Shown one piece after another: positions 26,483 to 34,899 of a DNA stretch of 41,491 nt (position 1 is the first letter of the stretch; the number at the start of each line of letters is the position of its first letter). The translations under genes and the position numbers were made by a program. The notes under the pieces were generated by a model. It was not told the origin of the DNA and searched no databases. It saw only the letters and a list, made by a program, of their open reading frames with translations. The DNA lies in IMG/VR virus record IMGVR_UViG_3300048575_000417, positions 1 through 41,491 of that record; one strand, given 5' to 3'. The DNA comes from a virus (lineage: Duplodnaviria; Caudoviricetes).

Positions 26483-26866
26483 ATGGCGAACTACTGCACG
26501 CGCACCGACGTGGAGGACACCTACGGCGCGGCCAATCTTGCGAAGTGGGCCTCGCTCGGCGGGGACGGATCCGACGTGGGCGGCCGCATCGAGCGAGCGA
26601 TTGCCGCCGCCTGCGCCGAGATCGACGACTACTTCCGCGGGAGCTACTACAAGCTGCCCCTGGCGACGGCGACGGGGGCCGTTCCGGCCGGGATCCGCGA
26701 CATCGCCGCCACGCTCGCCGGGGTGATCCTCTACGAGGCGCTGGGCGTGCGGAACTACGGCGAGGACGGGCAACCGGGCCACTCGCTCATGCAGCAGCGG
26801 ACCGGCGCGATGACGGCGATCAAAGAGATCCTGACCGGCGTGCGACGCATCGACGCCATGTACTAG
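26483..26866 (+). CDS. Mu gp36/DUF1320-like head-tail connector
   Basis: YCTRTDVEDTYG...IERAIAAACAEIDDYFRGSYYKLPL...VPAGIRDIAATLA...LY...A...IKEI..G. Confidence 0.8.
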   Translation: MANYCTRTDVEDTYGAANLAKWASLGGDGSDVGGRIERAIAAACAEIDDYFRGSYYKLPLATATGAVPAGIRDIAATLAGVILYEALGVRNYGEDGQPGHSLMQQRTGAMTAIKEILTGVRRIDAMY

Positions 26867-26876
26867 AGGAGAAACG

Positions 26877-27347
26877 ATGGACCGGATTGACGGCGATATC
26901 CTGATCAACGGAACGGCCTACGTCTATGGGTTGGCGAGCAAGAGTTCCGCCCCACTGCTTCGGTCGCGGGACGTGAACCAGTTCCATGTGGCGAAGTACT
27001 TCCATCGATCGAGCGGCGGCCCCGACACGCAGTGGATCCACTCCGTTCGCGGCGCTTCGGGGCTGGTGAAGTACGTCCGGTTTGGTGCCCTCGACCCGTC
27101 CACCGAAGACGCCACGATTACGGTCGACGTGAAGAAGAACGGCACGACGATCCTCCAAAACCCGATCAGGCTGACCAGTGCGCAGACCAGCGGCGAAGAG
27201 GTTGCCGGCGCGCTCGCGGACTCCCAGCTGGTCAGGGACGACATCCTCACCGTCGTTTTGACCGCCACGTCGGGCACCTCGGGGGGGATGATCGGTAGCG
27301 GCGTCTTTGGTTCCGTGTGGATCGACGAAGATTACCCGACAAGCTAA
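26877..27347 (+). CDS. Virion beta-sandwich protein (collar/fibre-like)
   Basis: GAGGAG RBS; ATITVDVKKNGTTIL...DDILTV pattern. Confidence 0.6.
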   Translation: MDRIDGDILINGTAYVYGLASKSSAPLLRSRDVNQFHVAKYFHRSSGGPDTQWIHSVRGASGLVKYVRFGALDPSTEDATITVDVKKNGTTILQNPIRLTSAQTSGEEVAGALADSQLVRDDILTVVLTATSGTSGGMIGSGVFGSVWIDEDYPTS

Positions 27348-27361
27348 GCCCCCGGAGAACG

Positions 27362-27868
27362 ATGGCGAACGATAACCCGCTTCGGCAGATCCACAATGCC
27401 CTGTGGGCGATGCTCGAGGCTTCTTCCGATTTCTGCTCCTTCGTCCCGCCCGAGAACCGCATCAAGTTCAACGGCGACACGCTCCCGGCGGACACTCCCC
27501 AGATCAGCACCGGCAGCACCCCCGAGGTTCGCGTTCTGCACGTCGGCCTTGAGCCGCATCTTCAGCGAACCAGCGACCGGTCCTCGGTGGTCGCCCGCTG
27601 GGAAATCCAGATCCACAGCGGCGACGACCGGCTCTTAACGGACCTCGACATTGAATGGGCGATCCTCCGCGCGCTGGTCGATTGGCAGACGCACCTCCAG
27701 GCGTTGGCGTGGCAGGGCCAGCCGTTCGTCGAGGTCTGCCGCCCCGTGGCGGCGGAAGCGGCCAATTCCAACCGTAAGGGGAACCGGGGGATCAAGGCGT
27801 GGCGTGCCGTGTGGGCGGGCGAGATCCGCATGTGGTTTCGAACGAGCGATTTGGCGTTGACGCCATAA
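27362..27868 (+). CDS. Putative tail terminator/completion protein
   Basis: ATG 27362 follows GGAG. 168 aa, helix-strand pattern (IHNALWAMLEAS, PEVRV, WEIQIHS), immediately upstream of the tail tube. Confidence 0.5.
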   Translation: MANDNPLRQIHNALWAMLEASSDFCSFVPPENRIKFNGDTLPADTPQISTGSTPEVRVLHVGLEPHLQRTSDRSSVVARWEIQIHSGDDRLLTDLDIEWAILRALVDWQTHLQALAWQGQPFVEVCRPVAAEAANSNRKGNRGIKAWRAVWAGEIRMWFRTSDLALTP

Positions 27869-27881
27869 GGAGCATCCAGGG

Positions 27882-28670
27882 ATGGGCGTGATCAGCGGCT
27901 ACAAGATGGCCGTCGGGAATGCAAATACCGTGCGCCGGTTTCGCATTTTCTACCAGGGGACGATTCCCCCCTACGTCGCGAGCAATACGAAAAACGCGAC
28001 CGGGCGCGTGAAGGGCAACAAGGACTGGCGAGGGTTCTTTCTCGGCTACGGCCATACGCCGCCCGTGTTCCCCGGCGAGGAGTTCACCTTCACCGGCAGC
28101 ATCGACGGCTCCAAGGGCGTGACCGGGACGGCGATCTGCGACCGGATCCAGGTCGACTGCCCGACCGAGCAGGGGACGCCCCTCGAATACGCGGTCTTCT
28201 TTTCCTCCAACGGCGAACTGACCTTGGGAGGCGCGGTGGCCACCGACTCGACAACCCCCGCCCCGCCTTCGTCCGTGGGGCTGGGGGCGAGCTTCGGCGG
28301 TGCCTTGGCCGACGTCCGCGCTTGGCGACTCCTCGTCGAGGCCAAGAACAAGCCATACGCTTCCTCGTCGACCGATGGCTGGGTCAAGCGGGTCAAGGGA
28401 CCAATCGACGCGACGGCCCAGGTGACCCTGTATTCCGACGCGCCCGCCTCGCTCCCCAAGCCCAACGACGACGTGATCGTCAACCTCTACGTTTCGACGA
28501 CCGAGTCGTGGGAACTCAAGTGGTGCAAGGTCGAGGGGCCGCAGGAATACGGCGCGGACCACGAAAGCCCCGAGCCGGTCGGCGGCCTGGTCGTCGCGAA
28601 GTTCAACGGATTCCAAAACGGGACCGGATCGATCTCGGCCCCCAGTGGCGTGAAGTGGCCTGCGGCCTAG
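27882..28670 (+). CDS. Tail tube protein with two tandem tube domains
   Basis: AAGGAG RBS; tube-like RVKGNKDWRG and FSSNGELT; the two halves are mutually similar. Confidence 0.7.
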   Translation: MGVISGYKMAVGNANTVRRFRIFYQGTIPPYVASNTKNATGRVKGNKDWRGFFLGYGHTPPVFPGEEFTFTGSIDGSKGVTGTAICDRIQVDCPTEQGTPLEYAVFFSSNGELTLGGAVATDSTTPAPPSSVGLGASFGGALADVRAWRLLVEAKNKPYASSSTDGWVKRVKGPIDATAQVTLYSDAPASLPKPNDDVIVNLYVSTTESWELKWCKVEGPQEYGADHESPEPVGGLVVAKFNGFQNGTGSISAPSGVKWPAA

Positions 28671-28678
28671 AGGCGTCG

Positions 28679-29587
28679 ATGGGACTCTTGGACGGGATTG
28701 TCGGTTCGGTGCGACGAACGGCCCGGCGGATTATGCGAGAGCTTTCGCGTGGGCGGGGATCGCGCCCGCAAAAGAGCGAGGCGAGCCAGGATACCCGCCG
28801 CAGAGAGCGAGCCTCGTTTCGCGCCCGCCTTCGCAAAATGAGGCTCGCCAAAAGCACGGCGACCCCTGAGGAGAAACGGCAGGCCTACGCCGCGGACATG
28901 AACGCGCGGCGGCAGACAGCGAAGCGAGACGAGCAGCCGGCCGCCGAGGCTTCCACGCCGGCCGCACAGGCGTCAATCCCCGACGACGTTCCCTCGCAAG
29001 AGGTGACGCCGCAGGATGCTTCGCCACAGGCCGAGGACCAGGGGCATGCGGACGCTGTGGGATATGGCCCTCCGCTTCCCGATCACGACCCCGCCCTACC
29101 TTCCACGCCACTTACGTACGGCGGTATGCCACCGACGACATCCCGACCGGCGAGCCGGGGGAATCCCGGAGGGCAGGGACGTCGGCCGCAGGCAGAACCT
29201 CGCACCCAGCCACAGGCCGAGAACGAATCGTCCGGTGATGGCGAAGGGGCCAATGCCGAAGAACCGCCCGCCGCCGAGATCGACCGGCCGAGCCGTCGTC
29301 GAGGCTCGCGCGAGCATGGTTCGCGTGAGGACAAGGACGGCGGCCAGGTCGACGAAACCGAGCCTCGCCGTCGCCTGCGAGCCGAGCCGGAGCAAGGCGG
29401 TTCCCCGGAAAAGCAGGCCGGATCCGAGGCCAAGGACGAGAGCGGCCAGAAGCTGGACCGGGTCATCGAGATTCTGACCAGCGTGCAGCGGTCCCTGGAA
29501 GCGACGGCAAGCAGCAGCGAAGTCATCGCGCAGAAGCTGGACACCCTGAACGCGACGATGTCCCGACAGACGAACGGACTAAAGTAA
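28679..29587 (+). CDS. Low-complexity protein in the tape-measure position (302 aa)
   Basis: ATG 28679 follows GAGG. Arg-rich N-terminus, P/E/Q/G-rich middle and C-terminal amphipathic helix KLDRVIEILTSVQRSLE; TAATG overlap with the next gene. Confidence 0.6.
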   Translation: MGLLDGIVGSVRRTARRIMRELSRGRGSRPQKSEASQDTRRRERASFRARLRKMRLAKSTATPEEKRQAYAADMNARRQTAKRDEQPAAEASTPAAQASIPDDVPSQEVTPQDASPQAEDQGHADAVGYGPPLPDHDPALPSTPLTYGGMPPTTSRPASRGNPGGQGRRPQAEPRTQPQAENESSGDGEGANAEEPPAAEIDRPSRRRGSREHGSREDKDGGQVDETEPRRRLRAEPEQGGSPEKQAGSEAKDESGQKLDRVIEILTSVQRSLEATASSSEVIAQKLDTLNATMSRQTNGLK

Positions 29588-30357
29588 TGGGGAACTACGA
29601 CGAATTGGACGGCTCGCCCGTCGAGGAGTGGCTGCCCAACGAATTTAGCGCCACGCGGAAGCTGATCTGCGCCTGGGGCGACCGGAACGCGATCATCGAA
29701 GCGGCCGGCGCGGACGGCGGCGAGGTCTATCCCCACAACCCCGGCACGAAGGCCTATGCCTATGCGGCGTCGGCCGAGCCGTTCGGCGGGCAGGCCGGCG
29801 GCGGGGACGGGATGTCGAGCTACGAGAAGGCCATCGTCACGATCAAGTACACGAACGCCTCCAACAAGCCCTATCGCACGAGCGACGGGAAGTACGTCAC
29901 CGAGCAAATCACGCCGACCGCCGAGTATCTGCAGACCAGCGCCAAAAACCTGTACTGGGATTCCGGCCACAAGCAACCGCTTGCCGAGGGCGAGGCACCG
30001 CCGTTTTTCTACCGCAGCTTCACCTACACGATCACCTTCCATCACGCCTCGGCCGTCCCCGGGGGGATCCTGGGCTTGGTGAACTGCGTCAATGGTGGTC
30101 CGATGGCATCCTACTCGCTGGGGTTTGTCTTTGCGGCCGAGACCCTCTTGTTCCCGGCGGCGTCGGCCGTGCGCACGATTCAATTGGGCAAGCTGAACGA
30201 CTGGCAGATCACCTACCACTTCGCCTACAAGTCGGTGGGATGGAACTCGTTTTGGCGGAATGATCCGCCGGGGTTCTCCCCGATCTACCCCAAGGGATCG
30301 ACTCAGCCATACCGGCAGCATCCCCTCGCGAACTTCATGTCCTTGGTGCCATCATAA
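29587..30357 (+). CDS. Putative distal tail/hub protein
   Basis: Beta-rich (IVTIKY, GLVNCVN, FAAETLLF, WQITYHFAYK..GWN); lies after the tube and tape-measure position. Confidence 0.55.
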   Translation: MGNYDELDGSPVEEWLPNEFSATRKLICAWGDRNAIIEAAGADGGEVYPHNPGTKAYAYAASAEPFGGQAGGGDGMSSYEKAIVTIKYTNASNKPYRTSDGKYVTEQITPTAEYLQTSAKNLYWDSGHKQPLAEGEAPPFFYRSFTYTITFHHASAVPGGILGLVNCVNGGPMASYSLGFVFAAETLLFPAASAVRTIQLGKLNDWQITYHFAYKSVGWNSFWRNDPPGFSPIYPKGSTQPYRQHPLANFMSLVPS

Positions 30358-30776
30358 GCGACTTCCTGAAAACGTACACCTCCGGCCAACAGCTGGAGGC
30401 CGCGCAGTGGAACCTCGTGGTCGAACTCTTGCAGCGAGAGATCGGCGGGGGCAGCGCGTTCGCGGATTGCACGGGGGTTTACTCGCGTCCCGCCGTCCCG
30501 CCGTCGACCGCCGCCGAGCCGGTGGCGTTCAAGCTGACCGAGCACTTCCAGCACACCCTTGGCTACGCCAAAGCGCGGAAGCTCATCTGGCAAGAGGACA
30601 CAGGGGAATACATCCCCGACCCGGAAGTCACCGAGGAGATCACCGTGTGGGATACCCGTCGTTCCTGGCCCGACGTTCCCAAAGACACCGGCGGCGAGGC
30701 TCGCGTCCGCATGGGACCGGACGGGGAGATCCGCTATGAAATCACCGACCTCTTCTGCTACGCGGCGAATCTCTAA
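30354..30776 (+). CDS. Tail-tip-associated hypothetical protein, probable ATA start
   Basis: The frame reads (I/M)SDFLKTYTSGQQLEAAQWNLVVELLQ from ATA 30354, which overlaps the upstream TAA; the first canonical start is GTG 30417. Confidence 0.55.
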   Translation: MSDFLKTYTSGQQLEAAQWNLVVELLQREIGGGSAFADCTGVYSRPAVPPSTAAEPVAFKLTEHFQHTLGYAKARKLIWQEDTGEYIPDPEVTEEITVWDTRRSWPDVPKDTGGEARVRMGPDGEIRYEITDLFCYAANL

Positions 30777-32431
30777 TGACCCATCGGAGAAACTGCCTGT
30801 GCTGCGCCACCAGCTGCCGGTACTTCAAGGACCGGTTTGAACAACAGAGCTTTGAAGGATGGTCCGAGGATCACGGCGGCTGGGAGATGGGCGACCCGGA
30901 GGAGACCGACGGCCTGGGGATTCATACGACGACTGGCGGCTCGATCACTTGCCTCCAAAAACACCCGGACGACGAAGCCGACTTCTATCTCGTCGCGGAG
31001 TTCGGCGCGACCTCGCTGTCGGCGGTCCTGAAGTTCGTCGTGGGGAACGTCACCGTGGAATTCTCGGCGACCGCGTGGGGCACTTGGCCGCTCCGACTGG
31101 TTCGGATCTACGACGGCGGCACGCTCGTCCGCGAACACAACATGGGCGGCTACGGCAGCGACACAGAGCGCTACGGAATCTGCTTCAGCGGTGGCAAGGT
31201 GATCGTGTCCGGGGTCGTCTCCTGGGACATCGCTGAGCCGACCACCTCCCAGGTCACGGTAAGCGCCGAGGTCTCCGGGGGCGAGGTCCGACTGGTTCGG
31301 TTCGAACTCTACCGGCACAAGTCGGAAGACGATCCGAACTGTCCCGACTGCATCCCCAGGAATCCCTGTTCGCTCTTGGCCGGCCAGAACGTGCCCCGGT
31401 GCCTGGGCGTGTATGTGGAACCGGGGGCACCGAAGGCGGCGCACGACGCGAAATGGTGCGCGTGCCCGAACGACCAATACATCCGGCGGTTTTGGGGAAG
31501 CGGCTACACCTGTACTTGGTACGAACGGCCGTGCGGGGGCGGCCCAGGGCAGTTCTATGAAGTCAGCCGGCTGTTCATCGCGACCTCCGACGTGGACGGC
31601 ACGACGCATTACAAGATCGTCTGGGACATCGCGTGGGGGGAGATCCGCTTCGAGAGAGACCTTGGGACAAGCCAGCCGACGGAAGAGGACCTCTACCTGC
31701 CATTGACGCTGGTGAGTGTGGACCCGGATTCCGAGAAGTTCTGGTGGCCCTCGGGGAAGAACCTCATATTCCCCGAGGCCGTGAAGTGCAGGCATCCGAC
31801 GACCGTCCAGTTCTTTCCGCTTGGGGATGGCGAGTTGGCCTGCGCGGATGACTGTCCCGAGCTGGTGGGCACCTTGGCCCGGTTCTGCCCGTGCAACGTC
31901 GCGGGCATCGCCGGTTTTACGGCCTCCCTGCAAGGGTTCCAGACCGCGATTAACTACAAATGCCCCGATCCACCGGATGCCGACTACATCTACCACGCGG
32001 AAGATCGATACAACCTCACGCACCTCAACGGGACGACATTCTGCCCGGATCATTCCAATCCCTCGTCGGGGGTCTATTTCGGTTCCGACCGCTATGAAGT
32101 GAACGATCCTTACTTCTACAAGTCCGTTTGGTGCAATAGCGGGGCGATCCGAGAGCATTCCGGAGGCTGGTGGGCCGTCAGTTGCCGTCTGCAAGGATTC
32201 GGGGGAAGAGGCGACGACGACAACGAAAGCAAGAGTTACCGGATGGTCGCGTGGCTGACCCTCTACGCGAACTCCTATTGGTGGTGGTCCGCCCCGACCT
32301 ATGTCTCCGATCCGATTCCCGAGGACTGGGATCTCTGTTCGATGGGGTCGATCAGTTGCCATTTCGATCCCACCTGCGGGTACGACCCCTCGTGGAGCGG
32401 AACAATCACCTTGAAAGCGGTCCCAAGATAA
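30776..32431 (+). CDS. Cys/Trp-rich putative receptor-binding or tail-tip protein
   Basis: TAATG coupling; N-terminal CLCCATSC; about 25 Cys; aromatic beta-rich composition. Confidence 0.55.
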   Translation: MTHRRNCLCCATSCRYFKDRFEQQSFEGWSEDHGGWEMGDPEETDGLGIHTTTGGSITCLQKHPDDEADFYLVAEFGATSLSAVLKFVVGNVTVEFSATAWGTWPLRLVRIYDGGTLVREHNMGGYGSDTERYGICFSGGKVIVSGVVSWDIAEPTTSQVTVSAEVSGGEVRLVRFELYRHKSEDDPNCPDCIPRNPCSLLAGQNVPRCLGVYVEPGAPKAAHDAKWCACPNDQYIRRFWGSGYTCTWYERPCGGGPGQFYEVSRLFIATSDVDGTTHYKIVWDIAWGEIRFERDLGTSQPTEEDLYLPLTLVSVDPDSEKFWWPSGKNLIFPEAVKCRHPTTVQFFPLGDGELACADDCPELVGTLARFCPCNVAGIAGFTASLQGFQTAINYKCPDPPDADYIYHAEDRYNLTHLNGTTFCPDHSNPSSGVYFGSDRYEVNDPYFYKSVWCNSGAIREHSGGWWAVSCRLQGFGGRGDDDNESKSYRMVAWLTLYANSYWWWSAPTYVSDPIPEDWDLCSMGSISCHFDPTCGYDPSWSGTITLKAVPR

Positions 32432-32432
32432 G

Positions 32433-32966
32433 ATGCCTGACCGTCGACCGGGAATCGATTACCCGACCTGCGCCGTTCTTCGCGGCGATACGCTCTACTG
32501 TCCCAAGTTCGGCTGGACGTTTGTCGTCGACAACTGGCCGTTTCGGTGCGCATGCCCCAAGGATCCCGAGAAGGAACTCGCCCAAATCACGGCGGCTCGC
32601 AAGGCGGCGGAAAAGGAGAGGCGGGCCACGCGCCCTGCACCCGCGCCGCGCGTCAAAGGACCGGGCGATTATCTCCACCAGATGATCCGCCGCTGGACGC
32701 GTGAGGAGATTCGCCAGGGCTGTGGGTGCGACTCGTGGATCAGGAAGATGAACGACTGGGGACCGGCCGGCTCCAGGGAACACATCGACGAGATCGTCGA
32801 CCACATCCTGAAGCAGGCAAGACAACGCGGCTGGAAGATCGCCGCGTGGCCGGGGGCCGCGACGGCGGCGAAGCTCGCCGTGACGAGGGCGTGCCGCATG
32901 GCGGAACGAGATCAATCCAAACCATTCACCCAGAAGGATCGCGGCGAAGATGCCGCTGCCTACTAG
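32433..32966 (+). CDS. Cys-containing hypothetical protein, possibly a chaperone for the preceding protein
   Basis: CPKF...CAC, then GPGDYLHQMI...CGCDSWIRKMNDWG...IDEIVDHI; starts 1 nt after the upstream stop. Confidence 0.65.
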   Translation: MPDRRPGIDYPTCAVLRGDTLYCPKFGWTFVVDNWPFRCACPKDPEKELAQITAARKAAEKERRATRPAPAPRVKGPGDYLHQMIRRWTREEIRQGCGCDSWIRKMNDWGPAGSREHIDEIVDHILKQARQRGWKIAAWPGAATAAKLAVTRACRMAERDQSKPFTQKDRGEDAAAY

Positions 32967-32985
32967 GCGACGAAGGAGATCGACG

Positions 32986-34863
32986 ATGGCGTACGGAGAC
33001 AGTCCTGCGGTCGGGCCGATGCGGCTCAATGTTCTGAGGAAGAAGGAGGAACCGACGCTGGGGGCGAAGTGGGGCACCGCCGGGTCGAGCGCCTGGGACG
33101 CCATCAAAAGCACCTTCGGGTCGCTGGGGTCGGCCGTCGACGCCTGGAACCAAGCGACCGCCGTGCCGATCCCCCGGCAGTACGTCGGCGGCACCCCGGA
33201 GAACACGGCCGCGCGGCGGCAGTTCACCCAGGACGTGGCCGAGGCGCTCGTCCCCAAGAACCCGGAGATGAACCCCGGCAACCTGTTCAACCGCCAGTGG
33301 TGGGACAACAAGCTCGAAGTCGGCCGCAACCGCGTGGACGTTGCCGCCGGTCGCATGCCGCCGCCGATCGTCGCGCCGCCCCAGGAGAAGACGCGTGGAC
33401 CTGTGGTCAAAACCGAACCTCTGCCGCTGCCCCAGTTGCCCGCTCTGAGCCCGACCGCCAGCCCCTCCGCTGCCACGGCCCCGGCAGCAACACAGCGGGC
33501 GCAGGCGGACCTCGCGGCGGCCGTCGCCCACGCAGACACGCCGTACGGGCTCAACGCTCCCGCCAACCGGAGGACGCTCACCCAGCGGGCCATCGCCGGC
33601 AGCGACCCCATCGCCACATTCCTCGACGCCGCCCGGAACGGCAGTCCGAGAAGCGACGATTCCAATCAGGCGTGGGAGGCGATCCAGAATCCCGACGTAG
33701 CGCGACTGGGACCGGGCGATGCGACGATCCCCGGTCGCCACAACCTCGACCTGCGGCAGACGGGGTACGCGGGGTTTTCGAGCGTTGGGGTCAATCCCAC
33801 GCCGCCGACGAATCCGGCCCAACCGCAGCTTACCGTGCTGCCCTCCGACGCCGGGGCGATGCAGCGTGCCGCCATCGAGCGGGCCAGAACGGCCCAGGAC
33901 GAGGTCGAGCGGACGACGATTCGGGCCTCGCGTTTCGATGAAAACGGCAACCCGCTGCCGCAGCAGGCCAAGCTTTTCAAGCTCACCGACGACTACCCGG
34001 CGGATCGGGCCGAATACCTGCGTCGCGCCCTTGCGGCCAGGGACGCCGCCCGCCGTGGGGACACGGCCGCATACCGGGAACTGTCTCCTGGCGCGTGGCG
34101 CGGCGGCGGATACACCCCGGATGAATGGCGGGAGCAGACCTGGGACAAGCTGGACCCCGAGGTCAAGGAGGGGATCCGGGCGCGTCAGGCCGCGCGCGAG
34201 GTGAAGTATCTCCCCATGGACACGCGGCAGGCCCTGGTCACGGCGCGGGCGCAGGGGCGAAGCATCTCGCCGGCCCAGGCGTCGATTGAGGGGATTCTGG
34301 GCAGAGGAGGGCAGTTGAATCCTTCCCAGAGCGCGATGGCGTTTGGCCCGGCCTACCTGAACGCCGAGGCGGCGAAGGCCCAGTCGACGGCCAACGCCAA
34401 TGCCGAGGTCGAGAAGGCGCGGATCAACGCCGCCGTGGAAGCCAAGAAGTACGACCCCGGCTATGTGGGTGCGACGGTGCTGGGGAACGCCCTCGCGCAG
34501 CCCAACTTCAGCGCCGCCGGGGTTCCCTACCTGATGGGCGCGATCGGATCGCTGCTGAATCTGGGACAACCGACGCCGACTGCGTCTGCGGATCCCGGCG
34601 CTCCGGGGGCCGCTCCCGCGCCGCCGTCGTCTTCGGGACTTCCCGGCTATCCCGGGTCCGCGATGACGAAGCTTCGGCCCGATCATCAGGCGATGATCCA
34701 GTCGCTGATCGCCGCCGGCAAGAACGACGAACTGGCCAACTACCTGCGAGCGTACACCTCGGGCATGCTCATCCCTGAGGAACAAGACTCGATCCTGCAG
34801 TTCGGATCGAAACGCCACAGCGCGGACCTTGCCCATCCGGGAGGACGGTGGTTCCAAAACTAG
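32986..34863 (+). CDS. Putative internal virion/ejection protein (625 aa)
   Basis: ATG 32986 follows AAGGAG. A/P/Q/G-rich, no Cys, helical and disordered segments; precedes a larger gene of similar character. Confidence 0.45.
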   Translation: MAYGDSPAVGPMRLNVLRKKEEPTLGAKWGTAGSSAWDAIKSTFGSLGSAVDAWNQATAVPIPRQYVGGTPENTAARRQFTQDVAEALVPKNPEMNPGNLFNRQWWDNKLEVGRNRVDVAAGRMPPPIVAPPQEKTRGPVVKTEPLPLPQLPALSPTASPSAATAPAATQRAQADLAAAVAHADTPYGLNAPANRRTLTQRAIAGSDPIATFLDAARNGSPRSDDSNQAWEAIQNPDVARLGPGDATIPGRHNLDLRQTGYAGFSSVGVNPTPPTNPAQPQLTVLPSDAGAMQRAAIERARTAQDEVERTTIRASRFDENGNPLPQQAKLFKLTDDYPADRAEYLRRALAARDAARRGDTAAYRELSPGAWRGGGYTPDEWREQTWDKLDPEVKEGIRARQAAREVKYLPMDTRQALVTARAQGRSISPAQASIEGILGRGGQLNPSQSAMAFGPAYLNAEAAKAQSTANANAEVEKARINAAVEAKKYDPGYVGATVLGNALAQPNFSAAGVPYLMGAIGSLLNLGQPTPTASADPGAPGAAPAPPSSSGLPGYPGSAMTKLRPDHQAMIQSLIAAGKNDELANYLRAYTSGMLIPEEQDSILQFGSKRHSADLAHPGGRWFQN

Positions 34864-34899
34864 TCATCCGCGAAGGGCCGCGAAGCGAGAGAGTCGTCC

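Noticed and set aside
1-32431. RHS toxin as cargo of a contractile injection system (eCIS/T6SS/tailocin)
   Set aside because: No sheath, baseplate wedge, VgrG or PAAR was recognised, and capsid, portal and terminase are present; adjacency alone does not link the two.
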